Virus record (IMG/VR): IMGVR_UViG_3300011115_000716
Location: 26,053 to 90,052 of that record
DNA from: a virus
Direction: 5' to 3' (one strand)
DNA: 64,000 nt
The translations under genes were made by a program, and so were the position numbers. Shown piece by piece: positions 28,727 to 38,205 of this stretch; position 1 is the stretch's first letter; each line of letters starts with the position of its first letter. The notes under the pieces were generated by a model. The model saw only the letters and a program-made list of their open reading frames with translations. It made no database searches and was not told the DNA's origin.

Positions 28727-29038
28727 ATGGAAGACAATCGTAGAACAATTCAAATATTTATTTCTAATAAACTAAATACTAAAAATGAACTTGAGGTAAG
28801 TGAAGTTTCAATGAATGCAGAAAGCACTGGTAGCATACAGTGCACCTGCAAGGACTATAAAAAATTAGAAATATGCAAACACGCCAACTATGTAATAAAA
28901 AAAATAGAAGATAATGAAGGAAGTTTTGGATTATTAATTCCAGAAAATGTTCCGGACGAGGTAGCATTTCTTGCGTTTAATGATGCCGATTCTTCTCGTA
29001 ATTTTATTCTTAATTATGGAAAAATAGAGGTGATGTAA
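28727..29038 (+). CDS. SWIM-type zinc finger protein
   Basis: 'CTC.......CKH'. Confidence 0.7.
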   Translation: MEDNRRTIQIFISNKLNTKNELEVSEVSMNAESTGSIQCTCKDYKKLEICKHANYVIKKIEDNEGSFGLLIPENVPDEVAFLAFNDADSSRNFILNYGKIEVM

Positions 29039-29454
29039 TGCGCGGAGGCGACATATCTAATGACACGCCTCCTCGTATTATTGTAGTAATAGATGTGGTC
29101 TGTGAATCAATAATAAAAGAAGAACGCAAGTTTATTCGTGGCACACAGTTTCGCACCTACTCAAAATTAAATAATCTAGCTCTATCTGAACTATGGAGAA
29201 TTTCTGACCGGTATGGATTATCGGTAGAACTTGCAGCTTTTGAAAATGAGCTTTGGACTCAAGAAACTCTTGACGCATTTATTGATAAGCTCGAACGTCG
29301 TGGTGGAAACCCATTTAACTACGCTGAGCTTTACATAAACATCGAGGACTTTATTGGGGACCTACCTTATCGCAATAATTTAAAAGGTGTGATAGATTTA
29401 CAAAGTCGTGTTGCAAGATACGGCTCATGGGGTATCGAACTAAACAACTTATAA
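29038..29454 (+). CDS. hypothetical protein (possibly degenerate HAD-like)
   Basis: TAATG-coupled ORF in the replication operon. Confidence 0.6.
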   Translation: MRGGDISNDTPPRIIVVIDVVCESIIKEERKFIRGTQFRTYSKLNNLALSELWRISDRYGLSVELAAFENELWTQETLDAFIDKLERRGGNPFNYAELYINIEDFIGDLPYRNNLKGVIDLQSRVARYGSWGIELNNL

Positions 29455-29465
29455 GGGAGCAATAA

Positions 29466-30716
29466 ATGGCACACGATAACGAATACAGGCTTGTAAGCAA
29501 GGTAATTGCAGAACGCCACATCATTCCAGTACTAGAACACGGAATCAAAGATGACTGGATTATTGACGATGACTTGCGTCGTATATGGAAATTTGTACGT
29601 GAGCACTATGCAAATTACCGTGAGGTACCGACTGTAGTTGCTGTAAAAGACAACTTCCCAAACTTTCAAATTCTTAAAGTCGAAGACACGATGGATTATC
29701 TTATTGATAAGATGGTCGAGTTTCGTCGTAACTCTATAACTCGTCAAGGTGTCACCGAGGTTGTCCAAAAGATGACTATGAATGACCATGACGCTGCTCT
29801 TATGGAGATGGGTAAAGTAATTACCCTTGTTAATGACCAAGGAGTTATTGGTACTACACATATTGACTTGACTCGTGACCCAGACAAACGCTGGGAAGAA
29901 TACGAAAACATTCAAAACTCTGTTCTCCTTGGAGTCCCTACAGGATTTGAGAAAATTGATGAGGCAACTGCAGGGCTCCAAGGCGGACAGTTAATTACTG
30001 TGATTGCTCCACCAAAGACAGGTAAGTCACAAATTGCTCTACAGATGGCAGTGAACGTGCACAAGTCCGGAATGGTTCCTATGTTCCAGTCGTTTGAGAT
30101 GAACAACCACGAGCAGTCACAGCGCCATGACTCTATGAGGGCTCACATTAGCAATGCCCGTCTTCGCCGTGGAAAGCTTAACCCATCAGAAGAAGCTCGC
30201 TATAAAAAGATGCTGTCTTATATGGACCAAGCTCACCCATTCCATCTGGTCGATGCGGTTAACGGTTTAACTATTGATTCTTTACTAGCTAAGGCCGAGC
30301 AACTAAACCCAGACATTCTATTCGTAGATGGTGTGTATCTGATGCTCGACCAGGTTACTGGCGAGGCTAATACTCCGCAGGCTTTGACAAATATTACTCG
30401 TGGCTTGAAGCGTGTAGCACAGCGTCTCAATATCCCTATTGTTATTACAACACAAACACTATTGTGGAAGATGAAGGGCGGAAAGGTTTCTGCTGACTCC
30501 ATTGGTTACTCGTCATCCTTCTTCCAAGACTCTGATGTCATCCTTGGTTTAGAACCAGTTGAGAATGATGACATGGTTCGTTTACTAAAGGTTGTTCAGG
30601 CCCGTAACTGTCCCCCATCAGAGACAAGTATTACTTGGAACTGGGATACGGGGTGTTTCCATGATGAAACAGCTCAGGCAACCTGTAAGTTCTGTACTCC
30701 TTGGAGTTTGCCATAA
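29466..30716 (+). CDS. dnaB: replicative DNA helicase (DnaB family)
   Basis: 'GVPTGF..ID..T.GL..GQL', APPKTGKS, 'SFEM', 'FVDG.YL', 'QDSD', 'R'. Confidence 0.92.
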   Translation: MAHDNEYRLVSKVIAERHIIPVLEHGIKDDWIIDDDLRRIWKFVREHYANYREVPTVVAVKDNFPNFQILKVEDTMDYLIDKMVEFRRNSITRQGVTEVVQKMTMNDHDAALMEMGKVITLVNDQGVIGTTHIDLTRDPDKRWEEYENIQNSVLLGVPTGFEKIDEATAGLQGGQLITVIAPPKTGKSQIALQMAVNVHKSGMVPMFQSFEMNNHEQSQRHDSMRAHISNARLRRGKLNPSEEARYKKMLSYMDQAHPFHLVDAVNGLTIDSLLAKAEQLNPDILFVDGVYLMLDQVTGEANTPQALTNITRGLKRVAQRLNIPIVITTQTLLWKMKGGKVSADSIGYSSSFFQDSDVILGLEPVENDDMVRLLKVVQARNCPPSETSITWNWDTGCFHDETAQATCKFCTPWSLP

Positions 30717-31693
30717 TGTATGACATTCCTTTAGCTTTAACTGCGCTAGGAGTAGACTTTACTGACCACGGTCATGAAGCGTTAGCTTTATGCCCTACTC
30801 ACTATGAGCGCACAGGTAAAGAAGATAACAACCCATCTTGGTGGATTAATCTTGAGACCGGACTACATACTTGTTTCTCCTGCGGATATAAGGGAAATCT
30901 TTTACAATTAATATGTGACATTAAAGGGTTCTACTTTAATGACAAGTACGACTACCGTGCCGCTGAATCTTGGCTAGCAAACGCCGCAGAAATCTCTATA
31001 GAAGACCTGCAGGCTGCTTTGATGGCTATGCCATCTTATATAAATGAGTACGCTAAACCCTTGGAGATGTCTGAGGCTCGTCTAGCAGTGTTTGTTGCCC
31101 CTCCGCAAAAGGCTCTAGATTCTCGCAGTATTACCGCTGAAGATGCAGCTGAGTACGGTGTTCTATGGGACACTAAGTCACAGACATGGATTCTACCTTT
31201 ACGTGAACCAACCTCAAAGAAATTAATGGGATGGCAAGAAAAAGGAACAGTAGACCGTACATTTAAAAATCGCCCAGCAGGGTTACAAAAATCCAGGACA
31301 TTATTTGGAGTTAGGAATCAAAACGAAGATGTGGTTGTTGTTGTTGAATCTCCTCTTGATTGCCTCCGCCTATCCGCTGCTGGTATTTGTGGAGCGGTTG
31401 CTATCTGCGGCTCATCCCCGTCAGAAGAACAAGTCAAACTCCTCCGCTCCTCAGGAAAAATCATCGCTGCCTTTGACAACGACAAAGCCGGTCAAAAAGC
31501 CTCAAAAGTCCTCTTAGAATTTGGTATTAAATACAGTTTAAATTTGCACTTTTTCAACTATGGTAGTAGTAGAGTCAAAGACCCTGGCGATATGACTGAT
31601 GAAGAATTGCGCTGGGGTGTGGAAAACGCCATATCAGCACTTTTTGGAGAATCAGCCTATGTTCAAGGGAACGCTCAAGCCGTATCAAGTTGA
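30716..31693 (+). CDS. DNA primase (CHC2 Zn finger + Toprim)
   Basis: CPTH...CFSC; 'VVESPLD'; 'FDNDKAG'; 'KDPGD'. Confidence 0.92.
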   Translation: MYDIPLALTALGVDFTDHGHEALALCPTHYERTGKEDNNPSWWINLETGLHTCFSCGYKGNLLQLICDIKGFYFNDKYDYRAAESWLANAAEISIEDLQAALMAMPSYINEYAKPLEMSEARLAVFVAPPQKALDSRSITAEDAAEYGVLWDTKSQTWILPLREPTSKKLMGWQEKGTVDRTFKNRPAGLQKSRTLFGVRNQNEDVVVVVESPLDCLRLSAAGICGAVAICGSSPSEEQVKLLRSSGKIIAAFDNDKAGQKASKVLLEFGIKYSLNLHFFNYGSSRVKDPGDMTDEELRWGVENAISALFGESAYVQGNAQAVSS

Positions 31694-33227
31694 GGCAGTA
31701 GCCAAGATGGTCGAACAAAGATGCATCTTAGTAGCCTATGAAATGGGTCTTGGTAAAACACCAATGACCATTGCAGCCATCGAAGAGCTTCGAGGCAAAG
31801 GCAGAATGACTAGAACTGTACTAGTTCTATGTTTAGCATCTTTAAAATATCAATGGGAAAAAGAAATTCTTAAATTTAGTGACTCTTCAGTTATTGTTAT
31901 AGACGGAACTCCTAAACAACGAAAAGAACAGTATGGCCAAATAGTCAATAATGATTATGTGGTTATGAATTATGAACAAGTTTTAAATGATTGGGACATT
32001 ATTAAAACTTTTGATTTTGATGCCGTAGTGTGCGATGAGGCAACGGCTATAAAAGGATTTAGAGCCAAGAGAGCTAAGAAAGTTAAAGATTTATCCAAGA
32101 ACATCCCGGTAAGATTTGCCCTAACAGGAACACCAATTGAAAATGGTAAGCCAGAGGAGATATTCTCTATCATGCAATTTGTTGACCCAAAAGTTCTTGG
32201 CAGGTTTGACATCTTTGATAAAACATTTATCGTTAGGAACTATTTCGGTGGAGTTCAAAGATACCGTAATCTCCCCACTCTTCACTCCGCTTTAATGAAG
32301 CATACAGTCAGAAAATCTCAAAAAGATGATGATGTTAAACCGTATCTACCTGACGCAGTTTACAGAGAGCCACTACTAGTTAAGTTAGATAGCAGTGCTC
32401 AAAAAGTTTATAACTATATAGCTACTGATTTGTTAAACCTATTGACCGAAGCTAAAGAGTTATTTGGTTCTAATTTTAATTTGGCAGCTCATTACGGCCA
32501 AGCATTTGACCCCGGTGACCCAATGAATGAGATGCGGGGGCAAATTATGTCTAGAATTTCAGCCCTACGAATGCTTTGTTCTAACCCATTCCTGCTTCAC
32601 AGCAGTGCTGCAAACTTTGAAAAGCAAACAGGTAAAGGCAGTTCTTATATACATTCTCTTCTAGAAATCTTAGATGGGGTCTCTAAAACACCTAAACTAG
32701 ACTCAGCTATTAGTTATATAAAAGAACACCTCGATATTGACTCTTCCTACAAAGCCGTGGTATTCTCTTCTTACCTGGAATCAGTTGACCGAATAGTTGA
32801 GCAGCTTTCCCAATCAGGAATAACTGCAGTAAAATACACAGGAGAGATGAATGCCAAACAAAAAGAAGAAGCCAAAGTCAGCTTCCAGACTAGAGCTGGA
32901 ATTCGCGTTCTGGTTAGTAGTGATGCTGGTGGGTACGGCGTGGATTTACCTCAAGCTAATCTCCTTGTAAACTATGACCAGCCATGGAGCTCTGGACTTG
33001 CGGTACAACGTAATGGTAGAATAAACCGTACATCCAGCGACTGGACAACAATTACAATTCAAGATATATTAGTAAAAGATTCAATTGAGCAACGTCAGTA
33101 TGATATGCTCAAGCAAAAGGGCAACGTTGCAGGAGCAATTCTAGATGGGGCTAACATAAACTCTAAGGGTGGAGTTGACTTAACAGTAGGAAGCCTTATA
33201 GAGTTTATAACAAATAAGATAATCTAA
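31659..33227 (+). CDS. SNF2-family helicase
   Basis: 'LKPYQ', MGLGKT, DEAT, 'LTGTPIEN', 'GVDL..A', 'QR.GRI.R'. Confidence 0.93.
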   Translation: MFKGTLKPYQVEAVAKMVEQRCILVAYEMGLGKTPMTIAAIEELRGKGRMTRTVLVLCLASLKYQWEKEILKFSDSSVIVIDGTPKQRKEQYGQIVNNDYVVMNYEQVLNDWDIIKTFDFDAVVCDEATAIKGFRAKRAKKVKDLSKNIPVRFALTGTPIENGKPEEIFSIMQFVDPKVLGRFDIFDKTFIVRNYFGGVQRYRNLPTLHSALMKHTVRKSQKDDDVKPYLPDAVYREPLLVKLDSSAQKVYNYIATDLLNLLTEAKELFGSNFNLAAHYGQAFDPGDPMNEMRGQIMSRISALRMLCSNPFLLHSSAANFEKQTGKGSSYIHSLLEILDGVSKTPKLDSAISYIKEHLDIDSSYKAVVFSSYLESVDRIVEQLSQSGITAVKYTGEMNAKQKEEAKVSFQTRAGIRVLVSSDAGGYGVDLPQANLLVNYDQPWSSGLAVQRNGRINRTSSDWTTITIQDILVKDSIEQRQYDMLKQKGNVAGAILDGANINSKGGVDLTVGSLIEFITNKII

Positions 33228-33236
33228 GGAAGTTAA

Positions 33237-33491
33237 ATGGAGCACTCAAAAGAAGATTTAATTAAAATTGTTCTAAACATCATACATGAAGAAACCAACT
33301 ACCCAGAGTCTAGAATAGGATTAAAACAGTCTTTAGCTGATGATTTAGATATAGACTCTATCTCAGTAATGACCATCTTGATAAACACCCAGGAACAGAC
33401 TAAGATAGAAATACCTGATGAGGACTGGGCGTCCTTGACAACTGTAGAACTTTTAGTAAACTATTTACTAGAAAAACAAAAAGGAGAATAA
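33237..33491 (+). CDS. acyl carrier protein
   Basis: 'LADDLDIDSISVMTI' (Ppant Ser), 'IEIPDED...LTTV'. Confidence 0.85.
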   Translation: MEHSKEDLIKIVLNIIHEETNYPESRIGLKQSLADDLDIDSISVMTILINTQEQTKIEIPDEDWASLTTVELLVNYLLEKQKGE

Positions 33492-33492
33492 A

Positions 33493-33933
33493 ATGGCTAA
33501 TTTAATTCCAGAAGAACCGCGCGAATTTGCAGACCCAGAGGATTTTAAAACCCAGGTTGCTGAGTATATCCGTCTAAAAGCAAGTATGAAGTTAATGGAA
33601 ACTCGTACCAAAGAGTTGAACAAACTTATCTCTCAGAAGATTGATGAGCAGGGTTACGAAGATAATGACGGAAACTGGCTTATTGACCTAGAAACCCCAA
33701 TTGATGGAATTTCTCGTTTAGAGAAAATGCGTAAGTCTTCTCGTAAGCTAGACGAAGATGTTGCAGAAACAATCATCGTTGCAGCTGGTATTGAAGAAGA
33801 AGTTTACGAAATGGTAAAAACCTTAAGTGAAGAAAAGCTTATGGCTGCTTACTATGACGGTAAGCTTACCGAAGAACAACTTGACACTATGTTCCCTGTT
33901 GCAATATCATGGGCACTCTGGACAAGAAAGTAA
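33493..33933 (+). CDS. hypothetical acidic protein with an N-terminal coiled coil
   Basis: AAGGAG SD; ORF. Confidence 0.7.
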   Translation: MANLIPEEPREFADPEDFKTQVAEYIRLKASMKLMETRTKELNKLISQKIDEQGYEDNDGNWLIDLETPIDGISRLEKMRKSSRKLDEDVAETIIVAAGIEEEVYEMVKTLSEEKLMAAYYDGKLTEEQLDTMFPVAISWALWTRK

Positions 33934-33942
33934 GATTTAAAT

Positions 33943-34428
33943 ATGCCAGGAATGCGTAGCGAAAAAGATATCCTCGAAGCTTTCGAGGGTCTTGACCGCG
34001 CACCTGGCTCAAAGAAATTACGCAAACCGACCACCGCAGTTGCTGAAAAGCGCCGTAAGAAAATTATGGGTGAATCGAATGGCTGGGATGCAAATCCCCT
34101 CCTTCGCAGCATAAAAGGTGTGGAGACAGAACTGTTTACAATCAGCGCTCTAGCAGATGCTTTAGAGAAGAAGATTGTTACTATTCGTCTATGGGAGAAA
34201 AAGGGATACATCCCTGCTGCTCCCTACCGCTTGCGTTCTAAGAGTCTTAATGGTAAAAAGGTATTAGGTAATCGTGTTTACACAAGAAGCCTAATCGAGA
34301 TTACCATTGAGGAGTTCACAAGGCGTGGACTTCTTGGTTCTGCTCGTGTAGAATGGAACCAACATCACGACTTAACAGAGGTTATTATTAATCGCTGGAA
34401 AGACGCGGTGGAAAACCGAGAGTCGTAA
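33943..34428 (+). CDS. MerR-like HTH DNA-binding protein
   Basis: 'FTISALADALEKKIVTIRLWEKKGYIP...R.Y'. Confidence 0.75.
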   Translation: MPGMRSEKDILEAFEGLDRAPGSKKLRKPTTAVAEKRRKKIMGESNGWDANPLLRSIKGVETELFTISALADALEKKIVTIRLWEKKGYIPAAPYRLRSKSLNGKKVLGNRVYTRSLIEITIEEFTRRGLLGSARVEWNQHHDLTEVIINRWKDAVENRES

Positions 34429-34464
34429 GACCTCCGACAAAATGAGAGCCGCAAGGCCTCCGAC
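34418..34464 (+). ncRNA. tandem structured cis-element (two GNRA hairpins) in the SSB leader
   Basis: GAGAGTCGTAAGACCTCCGAC and GAGAGCCGCAAGGCCTCCGAC, with a compensatory stem change. Confidence 0.6.
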
Positions 34465-34480
34465 CGAAAGAAGATACACT

Positions 34481-35140
34481 ATGGCTATTACACAGCCTTC
34501 GTTCAACGCTGATGACTACCTAGTAGAAGACAGTGAAACTGCAACACCAAAGCACGGCACCACTGTGCAGGCAGGATGGGGAGCAGCAGCTGCTTTTCTA
34601 AAGCCTACAAAACAGAAGAGTCTGTATCCTACAGACATGAAGTTCAGCGAGCAGGCACAACTTGTGCGTTTCCTCAGTGACGAACCATTCATGGTTTACG
34701 AACTACACTGGATTGACGCAATCAAAGAAGGCCGTCGTTCATTCATTTGCCTAGGCGATGAATGCCCACTGTGCACCATTGCTGGTGACACTCCACGTCC
34801 AAAGTTCGCTTTTAACGTGATGGTAATGACTGACGAAGTTCCAAGCGTTCAGATTCTTACCGCCCCTATCACATTCGCCCGTCAGCTACAGGCTGCTAAC
34901 GAGGACCCAAAGTTGGGCCCATTGTCAAAGCACTTCTGGGCTATCGCTCGTCTCGGTACAGGTCGCGAAACTCAGTACACGCTTAACCGTGTCAAGTCAG
35001 CTGACCTTGCAGAAGACTGGGAGTTGGATGCGGAAGACCTGATGGCTACTCTTACCGATGCTGTTGCATACGGTCCAGAGGCTATCTACGTCGCCCCACG
35101 TGAAGATATGCTAGCAGTAGCACGTCAGCTCATTTCCTAA
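34481..35140 (+). CDS. single-stranded DNA-binding protein (gp32-like, Zn-binding)
   Basis: 'VRFL.DEP...HW...F.C....CPLC', 'FAFNV', 'R.G.G..T.Y'; start at 34481 preferred. Confidence 0.75.
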   Translation: MAITQPSFNADDYLVEDSETATPKHGTTVQAGWGAAAAFLKPTKQKSLYPTDMKFSEQAQLVRFLSDEPFMVYELHWIDAIKEGRRSFICLGDECPLCTIAGDTPRPKFAFNVMVMTDEVPSVQILTAPITFARQLQAANEDPKLGPLSKHFWAIARLGTGRETQYTLNRVKSADLAEDWELDAEDLMATLTDAVAYGPEAIYVAPREDMLAVARQLIS

Positions 35141-35154
35141 CCAACTCACTCACT

Positions 35155-35204
35155 GTGGGGAGCCGGAGGCTGTTTCTCCCTTTCTTACTTCGGCTCCCCA
35201 CTTC
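35155..35204 (+). terminator. long stem-loop with pyrimidine loop between SSB and PolA
   Basis: GTGGGGAGCCGGAG-loop-CTTCGGCTCCCCAC-TTCT. Confidence 0.7.
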
Positions 35205-35222
35205 TAAACTTTTAGGGGCATT

Positions 35223-37223
35223 ATGAACATCATCACAACTGTTGAACAGTTACAAGAATTTATAGAGTATTACTCTAAAGTCGATGCGTTTGCATTTGAC
35301 GTAGAAACAATTGGCGATGACCGTTTATACCCAGTCATCAATGATGTTTGCTGGATTTCGTTTGCGACTGATGGTCGTGTAGACGTTATACCAATGGGCC
35401 ACCCTAATGGCGAACTACAGGATTACGATAAGCCCCTTCTTCTTGCAGGCCAGCGTAGGTTAGCAGATGGTAAGGAGCTTTTAGACTCACACTACTCAAA
35501 AGATGAACGTAAGTGGATTCCTAAATTTAGTGAACCACCAACCCAACTAACTCCAGGGCAAGTTTTTAAAGCAATACAGCCACTTATGTTTGGAGACAAA
35601 CTAAAGATTGGTCACAACGTTAAATTTGACCTTAAATCAATTGCAAAATATTTTGGTGGTAAGGTGCCATCTAAACCTTTCTTTGATACCCTAACCGCAC
35701 AGTTTATTATAAATAACTTAAATAAAAATAACCTTAATCTTAAAGACTCAGTAAAACGTGAACTTCATGTTGAAATGGAAAAAGGAGTTGGTGAGAATGT
35801 TGCTTTACACAGTTTTTCTGCTGTTGCTAATTATTCTGGTATTGATGCCGAGCTAACTTGGGAACTTTATAAAACCTTGCTTCCCAGAATTTCTGGTGGA
35901 CTTACCAGAGTCTGGAAGTTAGAAATGGATGTCTTAGGTGCTCTATGTGACATGGAGTTGACTGGCGCATACATTGATACTAAAACTCTTGAAGAACTTG
36001 CTGAACAAATTAGCGAAGATAAAGAAAATGCAAAAGCCTTGGCATTTAAAGTTGCGGGGGAGGCATTTGCCATCAACTCTGTCCCAGCCAAACAGAAGCT
36101 TTTGTTTACAGCCGAAGATGGTAAAAAACCTCGCATAACTCCAAACACAAAGTTTAAAAACGTTTTAACTACAAAAGGCTTTGAAACTCAACGTGCCGGA
36201 GGGCAACTAACTTCTGCACATTATTCCGTATCTGCGGATGCACTTGAGTATTACCGTGGCAAGGACGACCTTGTAGATGCACTATTAGGGTACCAAGACT
36301 TAAACAAGCTTATGACTACCTATGTAACCCCCTATGCAGGTGGAACAGTGGAGCGTGAAACTAACGGTAAAAAGACCTCTAGCGAGCGTAAGAGCCTCTT
36401 AATAAACGGACGTGTACATACCAACTTTAAGTCTCACGGGGCCGAGACGGGCCGGTTTAGCTCGTCTGAGCCTAATTTGCAGAACATCCCATCATCTGGG
36501 GATTACGGTAAGCTTATCCGCAACCTATTTGTTGCTCCTCCTGGACATAAGCTAGTTGTTGCTGACTACTCTCAGATTGAACCTCGTGTTATTGCATCGT
36601 TTAGCGATGACCCTCTTTTGGTTGATAACTATATGACTGGCAAAGATATCTACACAACAATTGGTGACACAATGGGAGTAGACCGTAAAGCAGGTAAGGT
36701 TCTTGTGCTAGCCATTTCGTATGGTGTTGGACCTGACAAAATTGCTGCATCTATTGGCTGCTCTGTAACAGAAGCCAAACAACTTCTTCGTGATTTTGAA
36801 GCTAAATTTTCATCTATTCCTAGATACAAAGGAAAAGTAGTACGCCTAGCCAAACACTCAGGACCAGTACCTTTTGTAGAGACTATATTTGGTCGTCGTA
36901 GATATATTCCAGATTTGCTTCAACGTGACCCAGGCCTACTTGCTCGCGCAGAACGTCAAGCATTTAACACAGTTATTCAGGGCTCAGCGGCAGATATTAT
37001 GAAATTAGCTCTTGTCCGTGCACATTCATGCTTTATAGATGAAGATGATATAAATGTAATATTGACTGTTCATGATGAACTTGTTACAATTACACCAGAA
37101 GACCGTGCAGACGAAGTAGCAGAGGCTATTCGCGTTTCTATGGAAGGAATACAACTTAAGGAGATTACTGTTCCACTTATCGCAGACGTTAAAATTGTTG
37201 ACAAGTGGGGTGAGGCTAAATAA
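35223..37223 (+). CDS. polA: family A DNA polymerase (3'-5' exonuclease + polymerase, no 5'-3' exonuclease)
   Basis: ExoI 'FDVET', 'HNVKFD', 'TGRFSSSEPNLQNIP', motif A 'DYSQIE', motif B 'RKAGKVLVLAISYG', motif C 'VHDE'. Confidence 0.97.
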   Translation: MNIITTVEQLQEFIEYYSKVDAFAFDVETIGDDRLYPVINDVCWISFATDGRVDVIPMGHPNGELQDYDKPLLLAGQRRLADGKELLDSHYSKDERKWIPKFSEPPTQLTPGQVFKAIQPLMFGDKLKIGHNVKFDLKSIAKYFGGKVPSKPFFDTLTAQFIINNLNKNNLNLKDSVKRELHVEMEKGVGENVALHSFSAVANYSGIDAELTWELYKTLLPRISGGLTRVWKLEMDVLGALCDMELTGAYIDTKTLEELAEQISEDKENAKALAFKVAGEAFAINSVPAKQKLLFTAEDGKKPRITPNTKFKNVLTTKGFETQRAGGQLTSAHYSVSADALEYYRGKDDLVDALLGYQDLNKLMTTYVTPYAGGTVERETNGKKTSSERKSLLINGRVHTNFKSHGAETGRFSSSEPNLQNIPSSGDYGKLIRNLFVAPPGHKLVVADYSQIEPRVIASFSDDPLLVDNYMTGKDIYTTIGDTMGVDRKAGKVLVLAISYGVGPDKIAASIGCSVTEAKQLLRDFEAKFSSIPRYKGKVVRLAKHSGPVPFVETIFGRRRYIPDLLQRDPGLLARAERQAFNTVIQGSAADIMKLALVRAHSCFIDEDDINVILTVHDELVTITPEDRADEVAEAIRVSMEGIQLKEITVPLIADVKIVDKWGEAK

Positions 37224-37630
37224 TGGGAAAGAAAAAGAAAAACAAAGTCTGGACAATAAATGATGTCTCAGCAAAATTACGCGAGTTTATACTTGATTCT
37301 CAAATACAAAACTCACATGAATTAAGTGTGATACTTGGCTGTGGAAAAATTAGCGATGAGCTTGCAGAAAGAGAAGAAGAAGAAAGCGAAAAACGCGTTG
37401 CCCGTATTTCACATTTAATTCCCCTTCTTTTTGCACATTCTCATGCTTTAGCTGAAGGTTCAATAGAATTTCAAAAAACAAATATACCTCCCGAGTTAAG
37501 GAATCTATCAGACGAGATGTGGCAAGAAAGTCGTAAGTTAATGGAGCAAATCGCAATGTCAGCACTTGTGGGCTCAGTATCTCAACTAGTAGACTTAGGT
37601 TTGGTAAAGCTTCCAAAGGAGAAGAAATGA
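37223..37630 (+). CDS. hypothetical protein
   Basis: TAATG-coupled ORF. Confidence 0.7.
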   Translation: MGKKKKNKVWTINDVSAKLREFILDSQIQNSHELSVILGCGKISDELAEREEEESEKRVARISHLIPLLFAHSHALAEGSIEFQKTNIPPELRNLSDEMWQESRKLMEQIAMSALVGSVSQLVDLGLVKLPKEKK

Positions 37631-38016
37631 ATAACGCAGATTGGTGGTCTAAAAAGTTAGGCCAACAACCACAGGCTCCTCAAGGACGTCCTGACCCAAC
37701 ACCTTCTATGCCACCTTCACAACAGCCAATGCAACCGATGCCTGCATTTCAACAACCGCAAACAACTAAAGCGCAATCTGCTAACCAGACTGCTTCTTGT
37801 CCTGACTGCGGGTCGGGCAATTACTTTTCTATTCAAAATGCAAAAGCACGTTGCTACGACTGTGGGTATCCCGTGGAGCAATCCGGGTCGCGTTACGGCG
37901 GTCTCGCTGGTGCAAATGTTCAAGGCGCACCTAAAGATGCAAAAGGAAACAGCGGAACAAGTGGATTTAGTGCCATGCCAGCCGGCTATGGACCAAATGG
38001 ACAAAAGTTAGGATAA
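37627..38016 (+). CDS. Pro/Gln-rich zinc-ribbon protein
   Basis: CPDC...CYDC. Confidence 0.7.
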   Translation: MNNADWWSKKLGQQPQAPQGRPDPTPSMPPSQQPMQPMPAFQQPQTTKAQSANQTASCPDCGSGNYFSIQNAKARCYDCGYPVEQSGSRYGGLAGANVQGAPKDAKGNSGTSGFSAMPAGYGPNGQKLG

Positions 38017-38019
38017 TAA

Positions 38020-38205
38020 ATGGATGAATCACAGGTACAACTAATTAAAGATAAAACGTATTTAGATATTAGGGCTAAAGTTGCAGAGGTCCTTTTAGAA
38101 CAAGGAATCTTAGATAGCTATGACGGCAAGGTTGGCTGGTGGGTCAACAATGGCGGAGCATCCTTCATCGCATTGTATGATGTATTGGAGGCAGTCCGTG
38201 ATTAA
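38020..38205 (+). CDS. hypothetical protein
   Basis: 61-aa ORF with AGGA SD. Confidence 0.55.
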   Translation: MDESQVQLIKDKTYLDIRAKVAEVLLEQGILDSYDGKVGWWVNNGGASFIALYDVLEAVRD

